NCBI GenBank assembly: GCA_029775855.1
Contig: JARVJZ010000004.1
Coordinates: forward strand, 128,001-192,000
Source of the DNA: Nitrososphaeria archaeon
Lineage (GTDB): Archaea > Thermoproteota > Nitrososphaeria > Nitrososphaerales > JAAOZN01
Direction: 5' to 3'
DNA length: 64,000 bases
Shown here: piece after piece, positions 1 through 9,689 of the stretch
Layout: each line of letters begins with the position of its first letter
Numbering within the stretch: the first letter of the stretch is position 1
Made by a program: the position numbers and the translations under genes
The notes under the pieces: model-generated
Told to the model about the DNA's origin: nothing
What the model saw: the letters and a program-made list of their open reading frames with translations, nothing else
The model's database searches: none

Positions 1-223
1 TTCTTGAGTTTTCTATCATTTTCATTTCTTCTTGCAAAGTTCAGCTTATAAATCATTGCTTCATTTCCCTACTAGTATGGCTTAACAGGAGCCTATTTGG
101 ATGCAGTCCTTATCTTTTGTTGTTAAAGGACTAATCAAGGTATATATGGTGGACGTAGGTTTATATCTCACAAACTAAATTAGGTTATTACCTTTAGTTC
201 GACCATTCAAATTATGACTATGT

Positions 224-1285
224 TTACCTAAATAGTCTTGTATAGTAGTAGGTAGGATCGCCGAAAAAGAATTTTCTTAATATATCCTCCAAATATTGTT
301 CAAGTTCTACAATTCTTGGTTTACTTTGTTCTTTATAAACCTTATAACCATCATAGAAACACTCATGCTCTTTACAATTTTTTAATCCGCACAAAGCAAA
401 TTTCCAACGAAGTCTATCTTCGATGCCAAACATTGGAAATTTGTCACCAAATTTAATTTTATATTTTTCCACATGAAGACCATATATACTTTCAAATCGG
501 TCATCCCAGCAGTCAGGGTGATAGAATGGCTTGTTCGTTGCAGGATGATAGAAAGTTTTGATGTATTCCTTTCTCTTATAATTCCCGACAATTAGATTGG
601 TTACACCTATTCCAAAGCCAGCAACAGCTGTCCAATCAATGTTGGATATATGGGTGTGAACATACTCCATATTTTCACACGCTATCATATGCGCTTCATA
701 GAATTTCTTGGCTACGCTTGCGTGTGTTTGTGTGATAATTTTAAATTCTTCAGGGTTAGAGCCCTTAATCGAAATTTCGATAACAACTTTGAAAGGCTTA
801 TCTTTAAGAGGACTGAAGACAGCTTTTAATTCATCCTTATCGATGATGCCTAGAAGAATTCCGTTTGTTTGGATAAGTATAGAATTGTTAAACCTAGGCG
901 AGATATCCTCTGGAATTTTCATTAGAAAGTATACATAATGTTCTAGCGATTTTTTGTTTAGAAAAGGTTCTCCACCAAGAATTCTAAACCAGTTATAAGA
1001 GGATTTGTTGCCCGGAATTGGAATTCTACTCATGAATGTTAGAAATTCGTCAACTAATCTATCTAGAGACACGCAGATAACTTTTTTATTCTTTTTAGCC
1101 TTTTCATGCCAAGAGTAATTATAAGCGAAACAAGGGATGCAACGGAGATTACAAAAAGCAGACCTTATTACAACCTCACCTGGTGGAGTTGGTCCACACT
1201 CAGCGTTTGTGACAATTTTTCCGTTATCTACTTTAAATTTTAGTGTTTTAGTGATTTCTTCTCCAAATAGTGAGAATTGTTTCAT
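224..1285 (-). CDS. Radical SAM protein (MJ0804/COG5014-like, unknown substrate)
   Basis: CNLRCIPC (CxxxCxxC), ILGGEP, IQTNG and ISIKGSNPEEF motifs; visibly AT-richer than the downstream DNA. Confidence 0.8.
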   Translation of the reverse strand: MKQFSLFGEEITKTLKFKVDNGKIVTNAECGPTPPGEVVIRSAFCNLRCIPCFAYNYSWHEKAKKNKKVICVSLDRLVDEFLTFMSRIPIPGNKSSYNWFRILGGEPFLNKKSLEHYVYFLMKIPEDISPRFNNSILIQTNGILLGIIDKDELKAVFSPLKDKPFKVVIEISIKGSNPEEFKIITQTHASVAKKFYEAHMIACENMEYVHTHISNIDWTAVAGFGIGVTNLIVGNYKRKEYIKTFYHPATNKPFYHPDCWDDRFESIYGLHVEKYKIKFGDKFPMFGIEDRLRWKFALCGLKNCKEHECFYDGYKVYKEQSKPRIVELEQYLEDILRKFFFGDPTYYYTRLFR

Positions 1286-1453
1286 TGGGAAGTCTCTCCT
1301 CTAACTTCCGATAATTTATCTTACTAACTCATATTTAAAAGTGGTTTAAAGAATATTTCTATGCTTCTTTAGGCGCCTTCCTCTAGGTCATTCTCTTTAT
1401 ATTAATGTCACACCGTCCCTATCAACTACTACCTCAAGGTAATAAGACTAATC

Positions 1454-4400
1454 TTACTTGCCTTTGGTTATTCTTGACTTTTTTAGGAGTACTACTATTA
1501 TTGATACTGCTATGAGTAAAATAACTGAGACCAGTAAGGCTAGATTTAAGTTCTCTGGCGCTGAGACCGCAATTTGTGGAGTTGTAGAGGTAGGCGTTTC
1601 ACTTATTGCTTGGGAACTTTCGGTGAATACGCTTTTTTCTCTCTTGGTTTCTATAGTTGTTGTGGTTTCGGTCTTTTCGCTGGCTTGTGTTTTTATAACC
1701 TCTATAGAGCCGCTTGCCTTTAACTTTACGACCGCTAGAACGGGGTCTCCAGTACTCAGAGTAAGAACTATCTCCTTTTTGCCCTCATCGTAAACCCAGT
1801 TTCTTAGCAGTATATATTCTTCTTTCTGCGCAAGGTACTTGAAGATGCCTATTTCATCAGCTTTCTTAACGTCTAATTCACTTATTTTAACACTAACAGC
1901 TACAGATGCTTCATCTGCCTCGATTATATCTAGGAGTAAAAACTTGGCTTTTTCAGCTATTTCGATTACCTTTGACTCTTTGAATGGATTCTCTTGAAGT
2001 TGAGTTATCTGCACCACTATCTTACCCTTTGATTCGACTGTGACACCCAGATTTGAGTGAACTTGCCCTTGACCTACAACAGTTTCACTTTTAGATGTCA
2101 CGCTCCTGAGGGTCAAAACACCAGTAGTAGGCTTTGATAAGGCTACCCCAACAAGAGTAGCGCCGTCTAACCTTAACTCTCCAGATCTAACGACCTTCCC
2201 ATCTAATTCTGCTAAGAACCTAGGCTTCATAACTTCGTCAGACACTAGAACAAGAAAGTTTCTCACACCAGAAAGCTTAATCTTATCGTTTTCAACCTTT
2301 ATAGGCGCATCGGCCCAAACCTCCAACTTACCACCACTGCTATAGTATACTTCTCCACCTTTAGTATCTTCTAGTGAGATTACCGTGGCTGCTACAGTAT
2401 GTCCATCAGCATTCACCTGGAGTACTAAGTTTTCTTTGAGCAGATTTTGATCGACCTCAGCTTCGAAGCTGAATCGTTCTTGGCTTCTAGGCTTTACTTC
2501 TTTTTTATCGGATCTGATTTCGTTATGGCCGTTGGCTAATCCAATATAAACATTCGCTGGCTCATCTCCCAAGTTATGAACGGTAGCTTCGATGCGGGCT
2601 ACCCCTTCTTTTATGCTGATCTCAACATCTTCTTGTCTAAAAACTATCACTGCACGTAATTTCTCAGCATAGCTTCCTGGTTCAGCTCTGCTTACTATTT
2701 GTGCAGCGTCATGTAGCAGCCTAGCCATTTCATCTATGGTTAGTGAGATATAGTACGTGTCTTCGTATGAAAATCTTAATGATGGTGTTGAAACTATTAA
2801 GTTCAAAACGTCTAGGAGCTCTTGGCGAAGAGCCGAGAATAAAGTTAAGTTACCGGCTATTTCGTTTTGCAGCTCGGGTGTAAGAGCTTTTAAGGCTGCT
2901 CTCCTCAACATTAAGTCTGCTGAATTAACTACATCGATGATTAAGTTAAGGTCACTTATACTGTAGCTGACTTGTGATAAGGAAACTAAAAGCCTAGCTT
3001 TAACTTTATTTAATTGTGATGATAAGTCATTTAGGTCTTTGACGTCTTTGTTGTAGTCGGAAAAAAGAGTGGATGGGGAGCCAGTGTTTATCATAAATTT
3101 AGATGGGATGTAAGTCAAAGTTGATTCCAATGGTATAGGTCTAGGTGACTCAAATTGGTTGACAAATAGAGTAGTCTTAGGACTGGCTATACGTAATGTT
3201 ACTAGTGTTGATAGAATTGGTCCGAGAACTTGTGCTGTGTGTATAAGCGCGAAGACAAAAGCTTCAAATTTACTCTCTTGCCCGCCGACGAAAGCGTAGT
3301 ATAGGGTTGGGGTCCAAACCCCCTTTACCGCCATGTCAAACAAACTGCTTAAGATTAAAGCAAGGTAAAGCTTTGCTACTACATCTTTTAAGCCTACTTG
3401 CTTAGTTGTGGTGCCAGCCTTGAAGGTTAGAGGAATGTTCAAAGCCTTTAAGAGTTGGGGGCTTACGGATATGCTTGAACCCATCATCTTCTCGTGTATC
3501 CCATCAAGCCCTCTAGCTATTGACAGTAGGAGTGCTGCAATATTCTGCGCTTTGATTAACACGTCTGCTGTACCATAGAAGAGCTCTTCAGTGTAGCTGT
3601 AGAAGGATGCAGAGGATAATACGCCTTCACGTTCAACCCTACCACTCCACGTTTGAGAGGCTGGCTTTTTGCTTCGTAGAGAAGATAATGGTGAAGTTAG
3701 GCTTTCAAAATCGGCTAGCTCATTCGGATACTTTCCAAGGTTAGGCAGTGAAAGCAGGATTACGTTGTTGAGAGCAGGGATTAGAGGAGAAACTACAGAT
3801 AACACTGGCGTCCCTACAGGGAAATAGGTGTATTGGGAATCGAGCTCGTTCACTACTATTAACTGCATCATCACATTGTAGAGGTACATGAGAGTGTGTG
3901 CTATAAGTGTACTTAAAACTTGAAACATCAATTCAAAACTTAACTCACCTAAAAATTCTCCCATACCGATCAGCGAAGAGTAATAAAATCTTATTAATTT
4001 GAACGAAAAAGCTATAAAAGCAGTGGAGGCTTCTTTACTTCCAAGCATCTCATTAAGGGTTCTGGATATTAAGTCGTTTCCCAGTATATTCAGTAGTGAA
4101 AGTATAGTGCCTTCAGTTACTAGATACGCTATCTTCTTACTGCCTAATATGGTTGCTACTTCTTTTGGTGCGATGTTGGGATACTTCTTAGCGATCTGCG
4201 CAAAAATATTCTTCTGGTTCCAGAATTTAGTATAGCTGAAATATCCTTTAAAGGTCTCTAAGGTCATGGCTAGAGCGAGTATCTTAGAGGTTAGTAGAGT
4301 TGATAATTCAGCATAGAAATAGTTTCTAAGCATTAATCCTTGTAGGGCAACCAGTTTAGCTAGCTTATTCCAGTAGTTAGTTGGGACATCTATATCGGTA

Positions 4401-7400
4401 GGACTTAGCCTGAACTGTGGTAGACTAAGGTTCAGAGGATTATTGAAGACTTCCAGTTCAGTACCCCTAGTCTCTTCTGTGCCTATAGTTGGAAAGATTA
4501 CCCTTGGTCCTATGTACATTAGATCTTCTTGTCTTTTTAAGGTAGTTGCAAAAATTTCTTTAAGAATATTCTTTATGTCTGACTCGCCGCTGAAACGGTC
4601 TAAGGAATTTAAGAGATTTTGAGCAAATCGCAGCATCTGATTTACTATGGTATGGTCAGCAAGTACCATCTTGTAGTTTGGTTCTACAGCAAGTTTCTTT
4701 TGGTAATCAATATAGTATGTGAAAAGTGAGTATGGTAAGTAGAGTTTTACGTCGTAGACCGCAATTCCTTGAGTTTTTTCTTCTTTAGGTATTACAACTC
4801 TAACTCCCGCATCATTAACATTTAAAGTAGGGTATCCTTTAATACCATAAGAACCGAAATATATTGTATAAGATATTCGATAGACCGCATCTTCCTTAAT
4901 ATTCTCATCGTCGTCTAAGGAAACCAGAAGCGGCTTTGAACCCACGCTAAAGCTCTCTATTACTTTGTTAGTCTTGGTGTCGATCAAATTGATAGCTACA
5001 GGTTTGGGTAAGGGTCTCTCAAGCTTTCCGCTATAGATGCTTTCCCTTATAGAAGTGAGAATATTCCTCCTCCAAGGGTTATCTGGGTATCCTAGGTATA
5101 AGTCATACGCAGTGATACGTAAGTATTTTCCAAAGGTGTATATGTCGATCCAGCTCGTGGAATCAGCTCCTCTACTATCCTCCGCTTTTAACCTCAGATA
5201 TAGGAACTTGGGCACATCACCACGTAAGGTTTCATTTAGCTTGCTGTATGAGGGTATCTTAATCTTGAAGTAAGCATATCCAGTTTTATCAGCCTTGCTT
5301 TGCATTTTTGATAGTTGCAGTACAACAGTTTTATTTGTTAGTTCTAACCAACTTTCTAATTTGACTGTAACATCCTCAGAACCTTCACCATAACTTGCGG
5401 TGATAACCTCTACTTCTTCTCCGCTAAGCACTGAATACTTGTCTGGAATTATAAATAAGATCTTACTTTCTCTCTGATACACAGAGGCTTCGGCTTCTCC
5501 ATATGGGAACTCTAATATTGTGTTTACATAAACTTCACCCCCAGAAAACATTAGAGGTGTGTAGGTATTGTTTTGCCGTATTATTTGCCCCATCCAAGCG
5601 AAGATGGCATATTGTGTTTCGCCCTGTTCAACTTGGTTTATCGTATCTTTGTCGACGAATGCTCTATTTAGATATAACTCAGCGTATAACGGAAAAGTCC
5701 TAAATACACCTTTAACAGTAGCGTTGACATATCCTAGTGGCTCACTACTAATTTTGTAGGCCTCAGATTTTTGTTCATGGCTTACTCCGGTGAGATAACT
5801 TTGGTAGGTGGTGGAGCGATCTTCTGCAAACTGCATAAGGACATTAACAGACGGTGGCTTATTATACAGGTAGAGCAGAAGGTCTATCTTAGAACTTGAC
5901 TGGAAGACATCTGAGCTTCTACTTTCATCCCACACTATCTCGTCTTTAAAGAACGCTCTACGCTCTCTTAATGAGTAAAATTTATTATAGTCTATCTCCT
6001 TTGAAACTATCTGAGCTTCTGGTGGGAGTTCAACCTTTTCTTGGATAAAATAAGACTCCCCAGTATAAAGAACTTTTTGGTAACGCTTAAAGTGCATCTC
6101 ATGTGAATACATAATGCATTCTAATGATGTAGCTTCAATCGCATAACCAGGTGGAGCAGGGTTAGGCAACCATCCTCCAACCTTAACTAATCCGCTAACT
6201 CGTGTCTTGGCTTGGGCTTCCTCCACTTCAATACCTAGAGGATTCTTACTGTTCTTATAAAGAGATTGCGCGTGATTATAAAGAATTCCGACATTTAAAA
6301 GTAAAGCCCCATCATCTGCATAACCCGCCTTATTAACACTTAACCTTGTATAGGTAGTGTAGGAGCCGTCGAACTTCACCTGCGGAGTTTCAACGGTATC
6401 GGAGAACGTCTTAAGGTCGTAATGAACATGCTTGAGAAATGCTTGAAATCTTTCAGGCCCTACCTCAACTTCGAAATTAAAGGTTAGCTTAAACCTTTCT
6501 TTTGAATCCGATATGGTTAAGCTGACAATATCATTCCCTTTGTAGACCTCTGGATCAATTATGTAGAAGACTGCGGTGCTAAGGAAGAAACTTTTCATGT
6601 CATTGATAAGCAAGTCTATAGTTTGGTTATGCTTTGTAGTAGCTGCTCCTATAGGCTGGAAGATTCTGGTTTTATTCTTATTCCAAAAGACATGGTGTTT
6701 ATATTCACTAAGATACCGTTCCATCTCCTCCTCAGTCCACTTAACGTGGATTATAGCGCCTGAGGGGTTAGGGGCAACTATATGCTCGTAGTCGGCAGGC
6801 GCGGCTGGAATGAAGTAGCCTACCTTACCCTCTGTGCTCCATGAGACCGTTAAATGAGAATAATAAAGATCATCTACCGGTAAAGAGCCCAACAAACTCA
6901 TTAAATCGTTCGGAAAAGGAATACTCCTCCTTTCACCCTTCAATATACTCCTAACAACACTCAAGATGTTAACCTGTTTGAAACCTAAGGATAGGAGAAG
7001 GCTCTCACCCTTAGGTATCTTCACAGCCCCGCGGTTTGGTATCGTAAGATAAGTGTAAAGCGCTTCAGGGTATTCCTCGTAAACACTTTCAACTGGGAAT
7101 GAAATGTGATAAAACATCACATCGCCTTCTTGGTAAAGAGTGTACATGTTCGGTTTAAGAGAGTCTGGGATATAGCCTCCCCACAACAAGTATTGATCAA
7201 ACTTAATCTTATCTATGCGATAAGTTAGGTTATAGGGCTCACGACCTATCGTAATAGGTCCGACCTTTTTCCAGCCGGGGAAGGAGATGTTTAGCAAGAA
7301 GTAATCTTTGCCCTTGTAGAGATAATTTGTAATATAGTCTAGGTATGTAGGTCTACTTTCAGCCTTCCAAAACTCCAGTGCACCTAAAGGTTCACTAAAA

Positions 7401-7618
7401 CTTATTGGTGGGTCTATAACCTTGCCTAAGCTTTCGTAAGGCAAGCCTCTAAATACAAACATTCCGTTGATTATTAAGTTGTTTGAAAGCCAATTTCTTA
7501 ATTGAGTGTATGGGTCATCTAAGGCCACCGCTAGTGGTGAAGATAAATTTGATAAAGCCAACATAAATATGAGCGATGATGCAGCTAGTTTTAGCGTATG
7601 GTTCTTCATCTCACACAT
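1454..7618 (-). CDS. Very large (2054 aa) secreted, C-terminally membrane-anchored surface protein of unknown function
   Basis: N-terminal signal peptide; beta-rich regions including a CARDB/Ig-like segment (IEATVHNLGDEPANVYIGL); internal hydrophobic helical block; Ser/Thr linker, TM helix and basic tail. Confidence 0.75.
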   Translation of the reverse strand: MCEMKNHTLKLAASSLIFMLALSNLSSPLAVALDDPYTQLRNWLSNNLIINGMFVFRGLPYESLGKVIDPPISFSEPLGALEFWKAESRPTYLDYITNYLYKGKDYFLLNISFPGWKKVGPITIGREPYNLTYRIDKIKFDQYLLWGGYIPDSLKPNMYTLYQEGDVMFYHISFPVESVYEEYPEALYTYLTIPNRGAVKIPKGESLLLSLGFKQVNILSVVRSILKGERRSIPFPNDLMSLLGSLPVDDLYYSHLTVSWSTEGKVGYFIPAAPADYEHIVAPNPSGAIIHVKWTEEEMERYLSEYKHHVFWNKNKTRIFQPIGAATTKHNQTIDLLINDMKSFFLSTAVFYIIDPEVYKGNDIVSLTISDSKERFKLTFNFEVEVGPERFQAFLKHVHYDLKTFSDTVETPQVKFDGSYTTYTRLSVNKAGYADDGALLLNVGILYNHAQSLYKNSKNPLGIEVEEAQAKTRVSGLVKVGGWLPNPAPPGYAIEATSLECIMYSHEMHFKRYQKVLYTGESYFIQEKVELPPEAQIVSKEIDYNKFYSLRERRAFFKDEIVWDESRSSDVFQSSSKIDLLLYLYNKPPSVNVLMQFAEDRSTTYQSYLTGVSHEQKSEAYKISSEPLGYVNATVKGVFRTFPLYAELYLNRAFVDKDTINQVEQGETQYAIFAWMGQIIRQNNTYTPLMFSGGEVYVNTILEFPYGEAEASVYQRESKILFIIPDKYSVLSGEEVEVITASYGEGSEDVTVKLESWLELTNKTVVLQLSKMQSKADKTGYAYFKIKIPSYSKLNETLRGDVPKFLYLRLKAEDSRGADSTSWIDIYTFGKYLRITAYDLYLGYPDNPWRRNILTSIRESIYSGKLERPLPKPVAINLIDTKTNKVIESFSVGSKPLLVSLDDDENIKEDAVYRISYTIYFGSYGIKGYPTLNVNDAGVRVVIPKEEKTQGIAVYDVKLYLPYSLFTYYIDYQKKLAVEPNYKMVLADHTIVNQMLRFAQNLLNSLDRFSGESDIKNILKEIFATTLKRQEDLMYIGPRVIFPTIGTEETRGTELEVFNNPLNLSLPQFRLSPTDIDVPTNYWNKLAKLVALQGLMLRNYFYAELSTLLTSKILALAMTLETFKGYFSYTKFWNQKNIFAQIAKKYPNIAPKEVATILGSKKIAYLVTEGTILSLLNILGNDLISRTLNEMLGSKEASTAFIAFSFKLIRFYYSSLIGMGEFLGELSFELMFQVLSTLIAHTLMYLYNVMMQLIVVNELDSQYTYFPVGTPVLSVVSPLIPALNNVILLSLPNLGKYPNELADFESLTSPLSSLRSKKPASQTWSGRVEREGVLSSASFYSYTEELFYGTADVLIKAQNIAALLLSIARGLDGIHEKMMGSSISVSPQLLKALNIPLTFKAGTTTKQVGLKDVVAKLYLALILSSLFDMAVKGVWTPTLYYAFVGGQESKFEAFVFALIHTAQVLGPILSTLVTLRIASPKTTLFVNQFESPRPIPLESTLTYIPSKFMINTGSPSTLFSDYNKDVKDLNDLSSQLNKVKARLLVSLSQVSYSISDLNLIIDVVNSADLMLRRAALKALTPELQNEIAGNLTLFSALRQELLDVLNLIVSTPSLRFSYEDTYYISLTIDEMARLLHDAAQIVSRAEPGSYAEKLRAVIVFRQEDVEISIKEGVARIEATVHNLGDEPANVYIGLANGHNEIRSDKKEVKPRSQERFSFEAEVDQNLLKENLVLQVNADGHTVAATVISLEDTKGGEVYYSSGGKLEVWADAPIKVENDKIKLSGVRNFLVLVSDEVMKPRFLAELDGKVVRSGELRLDGATLVGVALSKPTTGVLTLRSVTSKSETVVGQGQVHSNLGVTVESKGKIVVQITQLQENPFKESKVIEIAEKAKFLLLDIIEADEASVAVSVKISELDVKKADEIGIFKYLAQKEEYILLRNWVYDEGKKEIVLTLSTGDPVLAVVKLKASGSIEVIKTQASEKTETTTTIETKREKSVFTESSQAISETPTSTTPQIAVSAPENLNLALLVSVILLIAVSIIVVLLKKSRITKGK

Positions 7619-7867
7619 CTACTAGTTTTAGCTAAATTATTTAAATTATTCGTGACAAGTTGCGGAGGGGGTTGAAAAGAATACTTACTTAACAGCGCTA
7701 TATCAGTCCTTATTTTGAATCTTGCCGATGCTCCCTGTCTCAGGCATTCAATTTCACCCCTATGCTTTATCCGCTGCTAGAGACCCGTTTTATATGATTA
7801 TGCATCCAAGAAAACATAGCTGAAAAAGGTAAACTTTAAAGAAAGGCTTATATAGTTTATTAACAGC

Positions 7868-9688
7868 ATGTGCATCAATTTGAGCGTCAAGCATCTTTTA
7901 TCAAGGAGGCAGACTCTTGCCGTCCTCCTTACAATTGCGATTATTGGAGGGTTACTTTTCATTCCTCAAGCATCCGCCATCAGGGTGGAGATAAGCGGTA
8001 TAACCAGCGGTGAAACTATAACGCTTGGTGTAGTTAAAGAACTTGAGTTTAGGATAGTTGTGGAAAGCGGCGAAGTGGTGCCTGTGCAAGAGATACGTGT
8101 AGTCATAGATGGTGTGCAATACACAGCTCCACCTACTGGTGGTGACCTAACACCAGCAAACAGCATCATACCAACAATCACACTAGTTACACCACCACCA
8201 GGCTACTTCTACTCAGCAAGCTACGGCTACGGATACGGATACCTCTACGGATACGGATATGCATTCGGATATGGATACAGAGCTCTCTACGGCTACGGTT
8301 ACGGATATGGTTTCACATCTGGCAGCCAGATAAGGTATTCAGCATCACTCTACACATCATATCTAAGTTTAGGCAGCCACACAATAAGGGTTGATGTAGC
8401 GACTGGTCTCCAGCCCTCAAACATATTCTCCTCACAGACCATATCGTTCACGTTAGTATCCCCGCCTACACCTACACAACCAGCACCATCAGCACCACCA
8501 ACAGCGTCTGATCTCGAAGCTATGTCTGCTGAGGAGAGGGCTGCACAACTTACACAGATGAATGCATCTGACGCAGCAAATAGAATTGAGCAGATGAGCG
8601 TAGACAAAGCTGTAGAAGCAATAAAGGCGATGAACGCTACAGACGCAGCAAGAATACTTAACCTCGTCAACACAACTAGAGCTGCTCAAATCCTAGCCAG
8701 ATTAACCGTTGAAGAAGCGGTTAGAATTACACTTAACCTCAACGTGGACAAAGCTGCAGACGTCGTTTTAACGATGGATGTAAGAGAAGCCGCGCCGGTA
8801 GTTGAGGGAATGACTAGGGAGAATCTGCATAGGGCTGCTCAAGTAGTAGATAATATGATTGCTAAGGATGCTGCAGGCGCAGCTAGAGTTATAGATGAAC
8901 TACCTCCAGACGTGGCAGCTGATCTACTACTCGAGATAGCTGGGTTGCCCTCAACACCTGAGAAGGCCGCTATGCTCATAGATGCGATGAGCTTAACGAA
9001 GGCTGTTGACGCCGTAAAGTCGATTATAGCATCCAACAAGATGCAGACACTCGCACAGATACTCAGCCACGTATCAACAAGCAGACTCAACGAAATATTC
9101 AAGCAGCTCTCATCTAGTGAGAGGCTCAGAACCCTACCATATCTCGACGCAGCGACACAAGCTAGGTTGAAACACGTAAAGGCGACCTTGACAGTAGAAA
9201 GGGTGGATGCACAGCCGGGCAGCTCAGTCAAAGTTAGGTTGGCCCTATCATCTACTCAACCCATACCTGAAGGCTCTGTATCATTCAGCATCCCAGCCGC
9301 TTTCAAGACAAAAGCTCTATCTGTTGAAGGGCTACCTGGAACATCTGCAAGAGAGGCTACTAGGCTCATAGTCACTAAGTTGGCTACTCAACCATCATAC
9401 GCAGCTGCTTCAGTCGCATTCGACTTGGTTGTGCCACTTAACGCCAGCGTCTCGGTTGGGCAGATTGTCACGGTAGTTGCGTCGGTGAACGTGCCAGACT
9501 TTGCTGTAAGCTTTGACACACCAACAGCGGTAAGTGTGACTGTGGTTAAACCTACGGTGCAGAGCATATTCAGCGCCTTAAACTCCTACTTCGATAAGAC
9601 AGTAAGCGTATACACTGAGGGAAGAGTGCCTGTGAAGCAAGACATATACAGCTTACTGGACTTCTACTTCAGAGGGAGAGTGGATTAA
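7868..9688 (+). CDS. Secreted multidomain protein: Tyr-Gly repeat, MgtE_N-like helical repeats, cohesin-like beta domain, C-terminal dockerin-like duplicated motif
   Basis: Signal peptide ending PQASA; GYGYGYG tract; ~12-aa periodic helical repeats (DAARILNLVNTTRAAQILARL); duplicated IFSALNSYF / IYSLLDFYF at the C-terminus. Confidence 0.65.
   Translation: MCINLSVKHLLSRRQTLAVLLTIAIIGGLLFIPQASAIRVEISGITSGETITLGVVKELEFRIVVESGEVVPVQEIRVVIDGVQYTAPPTGGDLTPANSIIPTITLVTPPPGYFYSASYGYGYGYLYGYGYAFGYGYRALYGYGYGYGFTSGSQIRYSASLYTSYLSLGSHTIRVDVATGLQPSNIFSSQTISFTLVSPPTPTQPAPSAPPTASDLEAMSAEERAAQLTQMNASDAANRIEQMSVDKAVEAIKAMNATDAARILNLVNTTRAAQILARLTVEEAVRITLNLNVDKAADVVLTMDVREAAPVVEGMTRENLHRAAQVVDNMIAKDAAGAARVIDELPPDVAADLLLEIAGLPSTPEKAAMLIDAMSLTKAVDAVKSIIASNKMQTLAQILSHVSTSRLNEIFKQLSSSERLRTLPYLDAATQARLKHVKATLTVERVDAQPGSSVKVRLALSSTQPIPEGSVSFSIPAAFKTKALSVEGLPGTSAREATRLIVTKLATQPSYAAASVAFDLVVPLNASVSVGQIVTVVASVNVPDFAVSFDTPTAVSVTVVKPTVQSIFSALNSYFDKTVSVYTEGRVPVKQDIYSLLDFYFRGRVD
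8222..8311 (+). repeat. Tyr-Gly coding repeat (YGYGYGYLYGYGYAFGYGYRALYGYGYGYG)
   Basis: Degenerate GGN-TAY hexamer array with synonymous variation. Confidence 0.85.
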
Positions 9689-9689
9689 G

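Noticed and set aside
1-56. Start of a minus-strand gene running off the left edge
   Set aside because: Two candidate frames and too little sequence to call.
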